A program made the translations under genes and the position numbers. Below, piece by piece: positions 12,409 to 26,112 of a DNA stretch of 64,000 nucleotides. The DNA lies in NCBI GenBank assembly GCA_030704615.1, contig CM060733.1, forward strand, positions 22,134,001-22,198,000. The letters are read 5' to 3'. How positions within the stretch are numbered: position 1 is the stretch's first letter; each line of letters starts with the position of its first letter. A model generated the notes under the pieces. It made no database searches. It saw nothing but the letters and a program-made list of their open reading frames with translations, and had not been told where the DNA came from. The stretch is from Takakia lepidozioides. Taxonomy: Eukaryota > Plantae > Bryophyta.

Positions 12409-12660
12409 CTAGGGTAGCCTGTGCCGTTGGCCCAAGTGCAATCTCCTATGTATCCGAGTACGTCTCCCATGTCCAGGCCCAAGTGCGACCTCTAAGGTAG
12501 CCTATGCCGTTGGTCCATGTGTGAAAAAATTAAAATCTAAGACCAAGTGCAATTTCCTATGTATCCCTGTGCGTCTCCTATGTCTAGGCCCATCTAAGCC
12601 CAAGTACAATCTTCTATGTATCCAAGTGAATCTCCAATATAGAGGCCCAAGTGTCCAAGC
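12409..12660 (-). mobile_element. 3' end of a second copy of the same Helitron family
   Basis: ACTAGGGTAGCCTGTGCCGTTGGCCC matches the 11370 terminus and is followed by the same CCAAGTG repeats. The 5' end is uncertain. Confidence 0.6.
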
Positions 12661-15600
12661 CCAAAACTCAATTTTAACTAATTCTGGATTTTTTCGTTAA
12701 TTCCAGACCAAACTTAGTATACGTGACAATTTAATTTAACAAATAACATGTGAAATAATTATATTTAATTATTTCACTTCGAAATTGAAGTTGAACTATT
12801 AAAAATTCTAATTCTTGAAAGTTTGTAATACAAATGAGAAATCTTTGGAACAAAATTGATGAGTTAAGTCAATTTCATTCACGTGTTCAACTTTGATAAA
12901 TGGGTCCCCTAGAAAGCCCTTCACACAAGGAGAGAGAAAAAGTCAAGACTCTTGACGAAAGACAAACCGTCGGACTCTATAATATTTGCATGATATCATA
13001 GTCCAATATATCAAAGTGAATCACATTGAAAAAATTGATAATCTAGAATATTCATTGATGTTAACTTCATGAAATTTTTTATGCAGAATTGACATCATTT
13101 GTCAACATAACCCTAACTATAATGTAATAAGAATAAAAACAGATTTGAGTAAATATTAGTAAGCTTTTCAATTTCTCATTCTATTTAGAGTGCACTAATA
13201 ATAGTACACTTGAAAATAATATCCTAGAAACCCTAAACCCTATATATGATGTGAAGAGAAATTTAATAGATTTAAGGTAACATATTAGTAAGCTTCAAAA
13301 GGAACAAACATTTCTATTCATGAAATAAGTTACAGTGCCCTAATCATAGTACCAATACCCTAGAAACCCTAAACCCTGATGTAAAAACAAAAAAAAATAT
13401 TTAAATATACATTAGTAAACCTTCAAAAGATAATTGTCAACACACATTTAACACATAAATCCATACATATAATTGTCAACACACACTTATTAGCATATTA
13501 GTACATGATATCCACCATGTCAATGCCTAAATTTCTGATAATGACATCCCATCCATACAAACATGACATCCACCTCATAGTGTCCATTATAATGCAATCA
13601 TGTGGTAACTCATACAATTGATTAGTGTATTATTGATAGATATTGTCAATACATATTTACCGATGCTGAGACCGTATGCACACACTAACCACCTAATGCC
13701 CAATACAATGTTTTCTTGTCGGTCCTACAATTAATTAGTTACACCAATGTGTGTTCTTGACAAAAATAATTCGCAACATACACGTATATATGTAACTTAT
13801 CCACTAGGGCAGAAGTCTTACCTACATTTCTAATAATGACGCCCGTGCCATACAAACATGTCCATCTTATCATGCCCACTATAATGATATGTTGAGTTCA
13901 CCTATCATAATTCCTACAATTAATATACACATAATGCCTAAAATAATATTTTCTGAATGTTCAATAATTTAACACCTGAGGAAGATTTCCAGAGTACAAA
14001 ATGATATGTCATACAATTCAAATCACTATCACATTGTAGCAAAAACAACATCAAGATAAAAATAAAATAAACATACAACTACTGAATCTGATAAAAAAAA
14101 TTTGGTGACACGAATCCTATTATTAAAATCAAACTTTTGATTGAATTGACGTCAATGTGTCATTGTTAACATATCATACATCATGGTTAATGTCTTCAGA
14201 TTGTTCGAAATTACGCAAAGAACTTGTTTATGCGTCGCATTGGATATTCGCTTTATCGATATTAGCTTTTGTTTTCTCTGCCTCTTTGACACTTATCCGC
14301 TTTGTGCTTGACCTCGTAGTATTCTTTCTCGCGGGCATGGTCCAAACAACGGTGTCAACATGGATCCACTGTGGAGGATCACTACAACAGATTGCGGCTT
14401 TTATGACTCCCATGGTTTGTGGCAGATATGCCATTTGCAGTCGTAAATGCCTTTTGAAGTCATAACATAGATCAGGACGAAGCCGTTTATGCGACTGTAT
14501 GACTCCGAACTTTGCGCAACACGGGTCAAACACCCTTTGACCAGGAATATTGCCATGGCGGATATGACTACCAGTCAGGGTCATGCCCATACTAGAATGA
14601 CGTGTGCATATTGCTAGACGGACATATGACTTCATGACTGCCACTCTAATGCATTATGCCAGATCATCACATGTTGTGATGACATGGAGAGTCTGTGACA
14701 TGGAACAACTTATGAGGTGTCTACATATGATTGGTTAAGTGGTTTTGATATTGTGGTGTGGGGGATGCAAGTGAAGGGAACGGTTGCACACGAAGCAGAT
14801 TAGTAGGCCGTTTGCGCTTTGTGGAGAAGAATGGAACGTGAAGCCAACATGCTAGAGAGGCGATCTGGAACCGCATCTGTTTGTGACGTTACGTTCAAAT
14901 GGCAACGTGCATTTTAGTGTTTGTTGATCGCGGACAACATCAAAAGCAAGCCTCATACTGCGGAATGACAGACGAACAAATGATGCATTCAGGGGATAGG
15001 CAAATTCATGCAAATCATAGATTTCACTCATGACAGTGATGCAAAACATTGCTCAACAAAAGTCTTTGACCAGTGACCAAGAACACCAACAAAATATGAA
15101 ATCCAAGACACTCTAACATATTGCCTTGTGCAATCTGCGCTGTAGCAGGCCGTCCCGGAGCTCCACGCCGTGTGGTACTGGAATAGAAGCTTTGCAATAC
15201 GGGCTGTTCCGATCCACCCACTTTGCCATGGGGGGGTGTTCTAAGAATGGGAGAGCCCATGAAGAAAGCTTCTTGTATGATAAAACAACTGAGATAACAG
15301 CTCATGTTCTTCTCTCTAATGTTCATATCCCCAATTACCTACCCCAAGCTAGAACAGCAGCATGATGACATCAGGAAAATGATGTGGTGCAAGGCATGGA
15401 ACACCTGCAGGGCACCAGCAGTGTAGTGCTGAATGTACTGCACCCTGCTCGAGCCATTCACAGATGGGGGACTGTACAAGTGAGTCAGATGGTGTTAGCT
15501 GGGGCATGAGAGAAACTGCCCATAAAATGCATCTACGCAAAGAACCCATTCAACCAACCAGAGCATCATCTATGCGGATTGCCGGATTCTTTTGGGGGAA

Positions 15601-15945
15601 AATGCAAATATGATAAGTAGGGACTAAGCTTAAAAGCACTCCACTGGTATTCAATGGTCCATAAACACGAGCCTGCCCAATATAAGACCCACAAAATCAC
15701 TGGGGCAATTATGTAATGTAAACAGGAAGGCACATGCACTTTGTCAACAATGTACCCAAAGGCAGAACTGATGTGTAAATCTGCACGCCGTTCCAAAGTC
15801 TATAGTGACATAAATGTCATGTCACGTTGCCAGACAGACACGCCATGTAAGTTGGACACCTCCAACACCCTGCTACAAGGACACCCCCAAGGGCAACCCT
15901 TAGTGCCAGTCTTATGAATCCCAAAGTCGTACCTCATTCTAGGTA

Positions 15946-18900
15946 CTAGTACACATCCACATCAACCAACTCCTCATCACTAGACTCTGAATCTCCATCG
16001 CAACTGTCCTCCGTGGGACATGGATGTGCTTCCTCAGATCGCATGTCTCTGTAAAGTGAAGCAACCTCTTCAGGTGTCACTTGGATGGTCTGGCCCACCC
16101 TGTCAGCAGCAACATTCGTCTCTTCAATGTGATTAGGGGCTAAGAGGCCTGATACACTTGCAATATCATCGTTGCAAATGCTCACATCACAAACAGCCCT
16201 GCGTGACCTGGGGTTTTTTTCCAGCACCACGTTCCATCTCGGTTCATTCACACACTCAGAGAAAAAAACTTGCTCGACCTGTGATGGGAGCACAAAAGGC
16301 TGTTCAAGTGGAGGCAACAAGTGGGTCCAGCCCGACACTGATTCCTCCTCTCCTGCATCCCACACTCTCCGCCTAGTAGCATCAACAGAAGACAAGTACT
16401 ATGTACAAAATCCCAATGCCTCGTCAATCACGTAGCCCTCCGCCATACTGCCCTCAGGCTTCGCCAAGTTTCGCACATACCCTTTAAAATCCTTCATTGC
16501 TCTCTCCACCGGGTACATCCACCGAGAAGCTACAGGTCCACACAAATCCAGCTCATCCACCAAGTGGATAAGTAAATGTGTCATAACATCAAAAAATGAG
16601 GGTGGGAACTCTTTCTCCAGAAGACAAAGAGGCACTGCCACCTCCTTCTTCAATTCCTCATGCTCGGTGGGATCAATCAATTTTGCACAAAGCTTGCGAA
16701 ACACACGAGACACTCTTAGTATGGCATTGCGAACCCCAGGCGCCATCAACCCACGTAGAGCAAGTGGGAGGATCTGTTGCATTAGCACGTGATAATCATG
16801 TGACTTCAATTGGCTCAACTTTTGTTTGACCACATGTTTTTTGAAAGCAGAGGCATAGCCAGTGGGTACTTTCAGATTCGTGATAATCTCTAGGAACACC
16901 CGCTCCTCTGGTTTTGTGAGCACATATGGCGCATCAGGCATTACCAATGTATCCACTCTGGTGGGATGGCGTCGTAACCAAAGAGGCTTTCGAATGCCTT
17001 GCAATTCCAGATCGCAGCGAACTTTCATCGTGTCTTTTTCCCCGAAAAGAATCTTCATTATGTTCTCCGTCACGTTCTTCTCGCAATGCATGGTATCAAA
17101 AGTGTGGCGGATGATAAGATGCTGCACCATGTGGTCTAACAAATTAGGCACATTGCAATGTAGTCATGAATGATGTTAACAGCACAGGTTGAGTAAACAA
17201 ACAATCATGCACAATGAAAACCAATGCACTGTTATGTTCCCAAAACACAGGTGTGGTAATCGCACCTCCCAGTAAGGCAAGTCAAACAGAATGGACAATC
17301 GTTTTATGCCATGGAGCTTGGAGGGATCGTTCTGTGCGCCTACAGTCCCACCATCATCAATCCATTGTTTGTAATGTCGTGCACGCTCCTTGATTTCGGT
17401 GGCTGTCACTGTATGTGGAGCAGGTCTCATGTCTCGCGCCCCATTAAAAAGTCTGGATCTTCTATAGGCATGATTGTGGGGAAGATACCGTCGATGCCCC
17501 TGGAATATCAATTTCTTGCAAGCTGGGGAATATCTGGAATCGACTTGAGGTCCACATGCTGGACAAGCAGAGTACCCTTGGTGAACCTGACCTGATAACA
17601 AGCCATAGGCGGGGAAGTCATGTATGGACCACATGAGGACTGCACGCATGGTAAAAGCCCGCTCTCCTTCAATGGCTGCCACATCCATGGCTGCAACTCC
17701 CACCCACAATGTCGTTAGCTCCTCCACTAGTGGTTGCAGGTAAACATCCACATTTTCACTTGTCACAGATTCCTTTCCAGGAATGGGGAGTGTTAACATG
17801 ACAAAAAAATTCTTCGTTACCAACCATGGAGGTAGATTATAATTGAGCACCATGATGGGCCAGGTGGACCAACTCGCGCATTTTGTGCCATAAGGATTGA
17901 CCCCATCCAGTGCCAATCCAAGACGCAGATTTCTTGGATCTGAAGCAAAATCCGGCCATGTGTTGTCAATATGGCACCAAGCCTTACTGTCTGCAGCATG
18001 CCGGACCATGCCATCTGCACTTCTATGATTGTTGTGCCACTTCATGAGCTCTGCCAGCGTCTTAACTCGGAACATCCGTTTCAATCTAGGTATGAGAGGA
18101 AAGTATCGCAACACCTTCTTGGGCACCTTCCCACGGCCGTCCATGTATCGAGGACTGTGGCACTTGGGGCAATTTGCAGCCTTTTCCAGGTCTCCACGAA
18201 ACAATACACATCCACGCTCACAGGCATGGATCTGTTTGTATCCTAGACCCATCATGGCGATCATATTTTTGGCCTCATACTGCGATTTGGGCAAGGTGTT
18301 TTGTTTGGGCAAAATCTCCAGCCTCAACAATGAAAATAACTCATCCACAAATGCGTTGGTACATCTGTGAGTGGCGCAAGAATTGAGCAACATCAATGTG
18401 GCAATCAATCGGCTGTGAACGCTCCCATCGTATAAGGGGATTTGGGACTCTCGCATGAGTTTTTCATGGTGAAGATAATTTGGCGCGCCTACTTCTTCTC
18501 CGCCCATATTTTCCCCATCAGGCATTTCAGAGGGATTTGCGCCATTCTCAACAGCCTCATCATTGTCCAAGTGAAGGGCATTTGGGGCAGGTGTGGGATT
18601 CTCCCGGAGGGTATCTGATATTTCAAATGCATCTTGCACAGCACGGGCAATCTGGCCCCGTAGCCCATTGCCGTCTTGTCCCTCCAAATTGACGTCGTTT
18701 GCAACACTCTCTACACTACATTCAGCCTCCACTTTAGAGTCGGATGTAATGTAGCCCCGTGAACGCAAATGAAAATCAGAAATTGGGATACGATGAACAG
18801 GCTTTTTTCAAAACTCCCAGACTCTGAAATTTCATTTAAACACTGTCATGTAAGCAAACACAATACGTAGAATTGCACTAGTTCAATAGAGGTGATGCTG

Positions 18901-19744
18901 CAAGTCTCCCCCGCACTTGCGAATCAGGAGACGAAATTGGTCGGCCACAGTCTTCATTTCGAAGCAGCTTGTGGAGCTCACACACAAAGACAAATGAAAA
19001 CTACTCTCATATAATACGGCAAAGTAGGAACACAGTTCGAATCGAAAAACAAAACAAACATACCCTCTGTGATAGAAATTGACATCCCCACATACAGACA
19101 GCTATCTTCACATACCGACAAAGTGAAAGCTCTCAACAAATATGCCCAAGTGGGCAGTGCGTTGAAGGCATGACACATGGCAACAAACTACCAAAAGCCC
19201 AAAATGCGGCCAGCCTTCCGACATGGCAGTCAACAGCGACCATGTAGTCATGACCCTCACTACATGCAGCACAACCAATGGAAGAACACCACGTAGTTGA
19301 AATGTCCATGATCCGCGGTCATGAAGTCATGGACATGACTACTCTGACGCACTACCAACTACATGACTCCATCACTACGACTCCATGACTCCAATACATC
19401 CAACGGAAGAACGACACGTAGTTCGGACTCCAGTCACTCCACGACTGTCCAAAATGCGGACATGCGCGGGCGTGCTGCGAGCATGTCAGAGTGCGTGCAT
19501 CGTGCAAGGCGTATCGGGACTGTACACTGTCGAAGGTTTGGGTCCCTCCCATACTTTGTTAGGTGTTTTTGGCCATCGGTAGAAACTGCGGGATCCCTCC
19601 ATGGCAAGTTCTGCAGTTGCACAATATTTTGCGGTGCCCTTGTGCAATGGCATGCGCCTCCTCTAGTCGCCACAGTTTCTCATCTTTCTTGCGCACACGG
19701 AGTCGTTGAGCTCTCAGCCGAAACCCCGCTCTCGTTGTGTACAT
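15946..19744 (-). pseudogene. CACTA/En-Spm Tnp2 (TnpD-like) transposase gene, disrupted
   Basis: Motifs IHACERGCVLFRG, VLRYFPLIPRLKRMF, RNLRLGLALDGVNPY, YNLPPW, DFPAYGLLSG, DTMHCEKNV, LKSHDYHVLMQ, RWMYPVER, PEGSMAEGY and PFVLPSQVEQVFF. N-terminal ILCNCRTC...HLTKYG at 19559-19744. Intron 17122-17265, a stop at 16399 and an internal deletion. Confidence 0.93.
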
Positions 19745-20973
19745 CGTACTTACACAGGGGGGTGTGCAAGGGTCTTTGCAGCTGATGTCAAACTACCATG
19801 GTCAGGCCCTCCCCGTGCGGTCCCCTGACTGCGTATGAGAAGCTAAGGGAGACCTGCATTGCTCGCAACAAAGAGGTTGAGGCGGAGTTGTTTGGTTCGC
19901 ACCCACTGTGAGTATACTGAGAGGCGGCTCACCCTACTGTTGTGGCCGCTATCTTGCAGGAGAGCATTGCAGGGGCTTGTCATTAGGGCATTTCTTTAAA
20001 AATGTTAGAGGTATACGGTTTAGCCTGGAATTGCCCTAGTTCTTGTCTTTTGGGTTTACGAGTTTTGCTAGATTCCTAGTGTTGGGATTGCATTGCTAAG
20101 TACATAGAATGCTGGTTGTGAGGCGTCGCCTGTCTCCACACTATCATGGCGCACCATGAAGAGAGCGGGATTGGTTAGGGTTTGGCTTGCAGGCTTGTTG
20201 CTCCGAAACCAAAGCGTGCTTACCATCGACCTCCACTACCCACGGGACCACCCAGACGCAGTGGAAGGCTAAAAACAATGGCCGACGAGGCACGGCAGTA
20301 TGAAGACAAGGACAAAGATTTGTTGTGTGTCCCTGCGGGCGAGCACACTGGCGATTCCAGCGAAGATGTCCTTTGCCACCCAGCTCTTGCACCCTCGCTT
20401 CCCCAGAAATGCCCGTCGCCAGCAAAATCACCATCTGTAAGCACCTGCTCACTATGACGCCACATCTTCAAAATTTGCATGTAGCAAGGAAGGGATGCCC
20501 GAGCATACAGGCAGTGAAACCCCACAATGGGATAGGAAATCAAGCCCTTCGCTATATCTTCATTGTGTACACAGTTTGGGTTAAAGTCAAAGGCTCTTAC
20601 TAAGAGGTTGATACACAGTTATGTTTCTGTTTACAACTAAAATGCAATGTCCATTCAAATGAGTCCATCTACCCACTGATGCAAGTTCTTGTATGCACGC
20701 TTTGATACAAGCATGCCAATGGTTTGTGAGGTCTCCCCGTTAGGTAGGCTTTGGAATTGGCCGTGTAGATTTGGCAATGCCCTCACTTTTCAAGTTGGGT
20801 AAACAGAAGTGTGGGGCACCTGATGAGTCTGAGGGGATGAGGACCTGCTCATAGTAGGATGAGTACAATCAAAGCATTAAAATGGCAGGTGCACGGCGTT
20901 AGTTTTTTTGAAGTTGCCATGATATCTGTTGAATGCTTTGATTGACTTTGATGTTTGAATTGGTTTTTATTCT

Positions 20974-23900
20974 GTGCAGGCCAGGAAGAGGCGAGCTTCC
21001 ATCGAAGGCGCTGCAGCTGTGGTGGGCAGTCCATCGGGGCGGGGGTTGTTCAAACAAGTCAATGCTGCTACAAACAAGTCCCCAAGCGCAGCAGGACCAC
21101 CTCCACGACCTATTCCACAGTACCCTCCGTACACACATTACCCACATGCCTACCCCACCCCCGATAAGTATGGCGTTGCGGGCCCTTACAACCCGCACAT
21201 CCAATACAAGCCCCCTCCAGGTGGTTACCCAGAGCAGCCATATGCCCATTCTCCTCCGCCTATTCCCCCTTACCTCCCAGACCCACATGCTTACCCGGCA
21301 TCTACACGCCACCATACGAACCTTTTGGGCCATACGGTGGGCGATACCGTCCCGCCCCCCATTCCCCATGGCCACCCCCAGCTGCCCCACCACCTGAGGA
21401 GGCAAAGGAAGACATCCCTATGACCAAGAAGGACCGAGCTAATGCTTTGAGGCGGGCGAACAGGCGTGCCAGGGCAGAGGCAATCCGAAACCATGATGCG
21501 CGAGAGGAAGATGGACTCCCCCCTCAAGTGCTTCCGGTTGACAAAACTGGAGAGCCCATTGGACCAGCACGCAATACCTGGCATGCAGCCCTCAAAGGCC
21601 AGATGTGGCGTTTGTGTGACATGTCAATGCATATTGCAGCGCAGGATGAATCTGTCATTGAAGAAATATACAGGATTCTAAACTCTACATTTGCGTACAC
21701 GCCACGTGGTCTTGACTATGAGCACATGAGGAAGACACTTGGCATTGCCTTGAAAACCCAAAGACACGAGATCCATGCATTGTACAAGGCAGGCGAGGGG
21801 AGGCCTGCGCATCTGAAGGAAGCTCATTGGGACAGGCTGGTATCGTATTGGCAGACAGCAGGATTCAGCGCAAAAAGTGCCCTCATGAAGGTTGCAAATT
21901 CATCAATCAAGAAGCCTTCAAAAACAGGACGTGGTGGGAAGGCATCTGTTGAGGCTCGGCTTGTAAGTTCACACACAGTCTTTTTGCCCTCTTTGCCTTG
22001 GCTGATTGTTGTTTATAATGTCAAACATGGTAAGTCCTGGCAGAAGAGAGTAGAAAAGATTCTCAAGGACCTAGACCTGGATCCGCAAGTCTTGACCCTG
22101 CTGGATAAATCTGACTTAGAGGCTGTAGTGTCCTCAGCCATGTCTGTTGCCATGAGATTGTGTGATGAAAATGAAGTTAGGCAGAGAACTTCCCTGAACT
22201 TGTTTCCAGTCAGTGACATGGGGGTGGACATCTTGGATGACCTCAAGGGTCTACCCACTCTTGGCACTACAGTGAAATTTAAACTCAGGGCAGGAAGCCT
22301 ACCTTTGAACAGCAAATAGAAGCAGAGAGGAAAGGGAGAGTGCAATTGTCCGTTGTGTGGGCAATCTGAAGACAGTATTCATTTTCTGATACACTGTCCG
22401 GGGTTCTCTCACCAAAGAGATGCTCTCTTCAATTCAATCAAGGGAATTGTGCAAATCACACCCAGCAGATTGATGCTTGTGTGAAGGGTTTTCTAGAGGA
22501 TATCTGGAAAACCCGGATTAATTCTTTATATGAAGGTAAGTCTTACTACCAACGTCAACCCCTGACTGAGGTAGGTTCTGTTCCTTTTGTTCCCGCTCAA
22601 CTGGGCACGGGGTCAATGGCCACAAGGGTACGGCAAACAACGTCTTATGAGTACAATGTATAATGGGGTGTCCATTTCCCCCATTTTAAAGCATGTTATG
22701 AGGGAAGTACGAAGTGCCACCAAGCTTTGGGCCAGGAATTCTCCAAATTATGTGGAGTACAATCAGGGTTTTCTTGAAGGGGTGCTGCCTGTGGAGTGAA
22801 CTAAAGTGTTCATTCACCTTGTCAGAAAGTGCTTGTAGGCTTTTCTTTAAGGGGGGAGGCAGGTATCTTGAATTACGCTTCGTTTCCCGAGTGCTACTAG
22901 CCTTTTCTATTGCAGGGAGACCCTACCTAGCGCATCTTTAAGGGTGGAGGTGTGTCCAAGAGTCACTTCAATAGCGAATCACTGTGGACTGTTTTTTGTG
23001 GAAGGAGTATTTTGTGAGTGCTACGTAGTAGTCATCTGTAAAATTGGGCGAGGTTGCAATCGTCAAGTACAATGGTAATCTTTCTTACTTGGTCCTGGCA
23101 AGTGGTCAGTAATACAGTTTGCCAGACTTCTTGAAGGAGATAGAGACCCAGTTTTGCAATTTTGTTATGCCTTGGTTACATTTATGTATTTCTTCCAATT
23201 GGGTCTCGCCATGGTCAGAATAGTGGTGCAACTTCATGTAAGTTGTCGCTCATGTTCATCAAGAAAGGCAAGTAGAAGCGTTTGAAAGTTATATTCGGGG
23301 AGTGCGAGGTCTATGTGACGACGTGATTTTCACCAGTTTCTGCTTAGACATATTGTGTTGATGTCGTTGCCTGAGAGCTGCTCTCATTCTCTGATTTCAG
23401 ATTATGTGTACTGGCAGAGTTGTTGAAGCTCCATGAAATTGTTGCTTTCTGAGTTCTGGAGGCACAATAATTTGTATTAAGCCATTCCCCAAAGGAATGA
23501 AACTCATTATTAAGAGCTAATTTGCACTTGATTGTTTCAACCATGCCTTGACGGTGAGGAAACTAGCTTGCACTCATGCTTGGGCAATTTCCAATGCAGG
23601 CACAGGAGCGAGGCCGAAGTCCATCGTTGCATGAAATCCAAGAAGGTTCAGTAAGCAGAACATTGACCAGCGAGCGGATGGTGAGATTCGAGCAGATCAT
23701 TCTTTCTCCCATTTTTTGTCGATTATTTTGTTCTAGGCATTTTCCCTACCAACGGCATGATGTTCTCATGTTGTTCATGGACTTGCGTGGACCTGGCAGG
23801 AGGGGACCTCTGGGTATTCAGCAGTTGCTCGCTAAGTGGAGGATATGGAAAGAGCACAGGGTGCACAACACAAAGATATAATGGATTTGAAGGCTACAAT

Positions 23901-24783
23901 ATCGCATGTGATGATGTACCAGAAGGCCATGGCAGAGAAATTTGGGATCAGCATTTCCTCACCTGCCTTAGTGGGCTCATCCATAGCAAACAGCTCGTGC
24001 ATCGCTGGCCCTTCAGCCTTGAGACATCTGGAGGACAGGTTTGACTTGCCTGGCATGTCACCAGGTAACGTCACTCCAGTTGATGCATTCGAGGATGATG
24101 TGCAGGTGGAGCATGTTGGCCCAGGTGGAGGGGAGGACACCCCTACCAAGGAACTTACGCGTCCTCGTGCAGTTCTGTCACACTGTGCGGTAGTGGAGGC
24201 GCATGCAGAACTCCGGCCTGCTGCTGTCGCGGTGGGGGCATCTGAGAGAACCCTGGACATTGACCTTGTTTCCCCGCTGGCAGATATTACCCAGCAACCC
24301 ACGGTTGTCACTTCCACTCCCAACCTCCAATTCATGAAGGAGAATGTCGTGCACAGAACAGTGGAGAAGGGCAAGCATTTGCTCATCCTAGATATTAATG
24401 GCTTGCTGTGTGAGTGCGTCCATGTCGGGAGCGGTAATGCGTTTGTGGTTCCAAATGGCCTTGAGCACAAATTATGTGGTAGCAAGATGGTCGTTGTAAG
24501 GCCTGGTTGCAAAGCTTTTTTGGACAAGTGTTTTGAACACTTTGAAGTGGCAGCATGGTCTTGTATGCAACCACGTAACTTCCTACCCACAGTGGACTGG
24601 CTTTTCCATGGGCACGGTGACCTTGCATTCAAGTGGGATGGGGGATATTGTGAGCAGTCCACTGACATGGATGGGAGCCTGCCCATGAAACCACGGTTTT
24701 TGAAGAACCTATCTACAGTGTGGCGGGGCAACCAGTCCGAACTTCCACCTTGTAAACTTCCCGAACTAGATATTTTTATTTGA
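20974..24783 (+). pseudogene. CACTA TnpA-like (Ptta/En-Spm) gene with C-terminal FCP1/NIF phosphatase-like domain
   Basis: HLKEAHWDRLVSYW...SALMKVAN...KTGRGG is TnpA-like. Exon RL|gt at 21963 joins exon AQERGRSPSLHEI, then a coiled-coil, then KHLLILDINGLL...VVVRPGCKAFLDKCFEHFEVAAWS...FLKNLSTVW. Divergent from Tnp2. Frameshifted and 3'-truncated. Confidence 0.75.
22021..22657 (+). mobile_element. 5'-truncated LINE (ORF2 C-terminal zinc knuckle plus 3' tail) in the TnpA intron
   Basis: KLRAGSLPLN...CPLCGQSEDSIHFLIHC. The 3' tail GGCAAACAACGTCTTATGAGTACA is shared with the inserts at 32920 and 58499. Confidence 0.75.
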
Positions 24784-24914
24784 CAGTATATTTGGACACA
24801 TTACTGTGAATATTGGAATCCCAAATGCCCTGGGATTCGTCTAGACAATCAGTGATCACAAACAGTGACAACTTCAGTACAACTAATGACCAATGACCAA
24901 CAAATCCATTCATA

Positions 24915-25140
24915 TTGTACTTCGTAACACGTTACAAAGTGTCATCGAATGGATCGTCAACTAACAAGGTCTTTCACACTGAACTTCGAAACATGTTACG
25001 AAGTACCACTGGATGGATCGTCTAACAAATGTATTCATATCAAACTTCGAAACATGTTACGAAGTACCTCCGGATGGATCGACTAACAAATTTATTCAAA
25101 CTAAACTTCGAAACATATTACGAAATGCTACCAGATGGAT
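24915..25140. repeat. ~60-bp tandem repeat, about 4 copies
   Basis: ACTTCGAAACATGTTACGAAGTACC..GGATGGATCG..TAACAA repeated. Confidence 0.8.
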
Positions 25141-25709
25141 GACAAATGGATGGATGGAATAATATGGATGATTAATAAGTATGGATGAAGTATGACAAAC
25201 TCTATGAAGAATACTAGATTTAAATCTCTCTTCACTGCGATACTTCGGCACAGGGTACGAACCTTCCTAGAGTTGAAAATGGGTAATTGGGTGAGGAAAT
25301 GTCTGAAGAGATGGGAGTGAGAGACGATTCTGAAGAGAGGGGTGGGGTGGAAATAGCACTCACTAGTAGTGAGCGAGACCATGAAGAGAACCAAAGAGAA
25401 GAGGGGTGGGGTGGAAAGACGGAAAGAGAGAGCGCTCCGGGATGATCATAGAGGTACAAGATGAGCAAGAAAGGAAGCAAATGAGCTGAGACCTCTTATT
25501 TATACATGTGGGATGTTTGGTGTAGGTCACAACATGTTCCTTCAAGAGAGGTGGAGGACGCTATGACGGGGATCAACCTATGTTAGCCGTCGATTGTTGG
25601 AGAATCATGATCGCACGGTTGCAAACATATGAGAGTTTGCAACCTCCCCTCTAGCTCGATCAATCTTGAGCACATTATGAAAGAGCCTACATATGCAAAG
25701 CAAAGTGGA

Positions 25710-26112
25710 TTTTGGCCATTATGAGGCTACGACATGTGCGCATGTGGATTTTCGCCACGTGAGGCTACCACGTGTGCGCAGTCATGCCCTTGTCCACCAT
25801 AATTACTCGTGGGGGCCTGCCATAATGGTAAATGACTCAATATATTGTGCACATCAGGCCACTGGTCTGAGGCTCAAATCCTGAAATGTCGATGTGGCCT
25901 ACACATGCAAAGTAGATATGAATCCATGTTTGGGCCATTATGAGGCTACCACGTGTGCGCAGTCATTTAGAAAGACCCCACATGCCCTTCAGTTCGCCAC
26001 GCAGCCACCCCTTTATCCACCATAACTACTTGTGTGGGCCCGCCATAATGGTAAGTGATACAATTCAGTATATGGTGCACATCACGCCAATGGTCTGAGG
26101 CTCAAATCCTGA
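25710..26112. repeat. ~200-bp diverged tandem duplication
   Basis: GGCCATTATGAGGCTAC...GGTCTGAGGCTCAAATCCTGA occurs twice. Confidence 0.7.

Noticed and set aside
13226-13378. Telomere or promoter telo-boxes (AAACCCTAAACCCT)
   Set aside because: Two short copies inside repeat-derived AT-rich DNA, with no adjacent gene start.
22690-23560. LINE endonuclease fragment (SDH motif on the minus strand)
   Set aside because: Only a tripeptide match in a stop-ridden frame, which is insufficient.
24915-25140. Repeat-spacer appearance suggesting a CRISPR array (also 10040-10480 and the 41538-41970 palindromes)
   Set aside because: Eukaryotic context, no cas genes, degenerate repeats, and spacers that are homologous or irregular in length.
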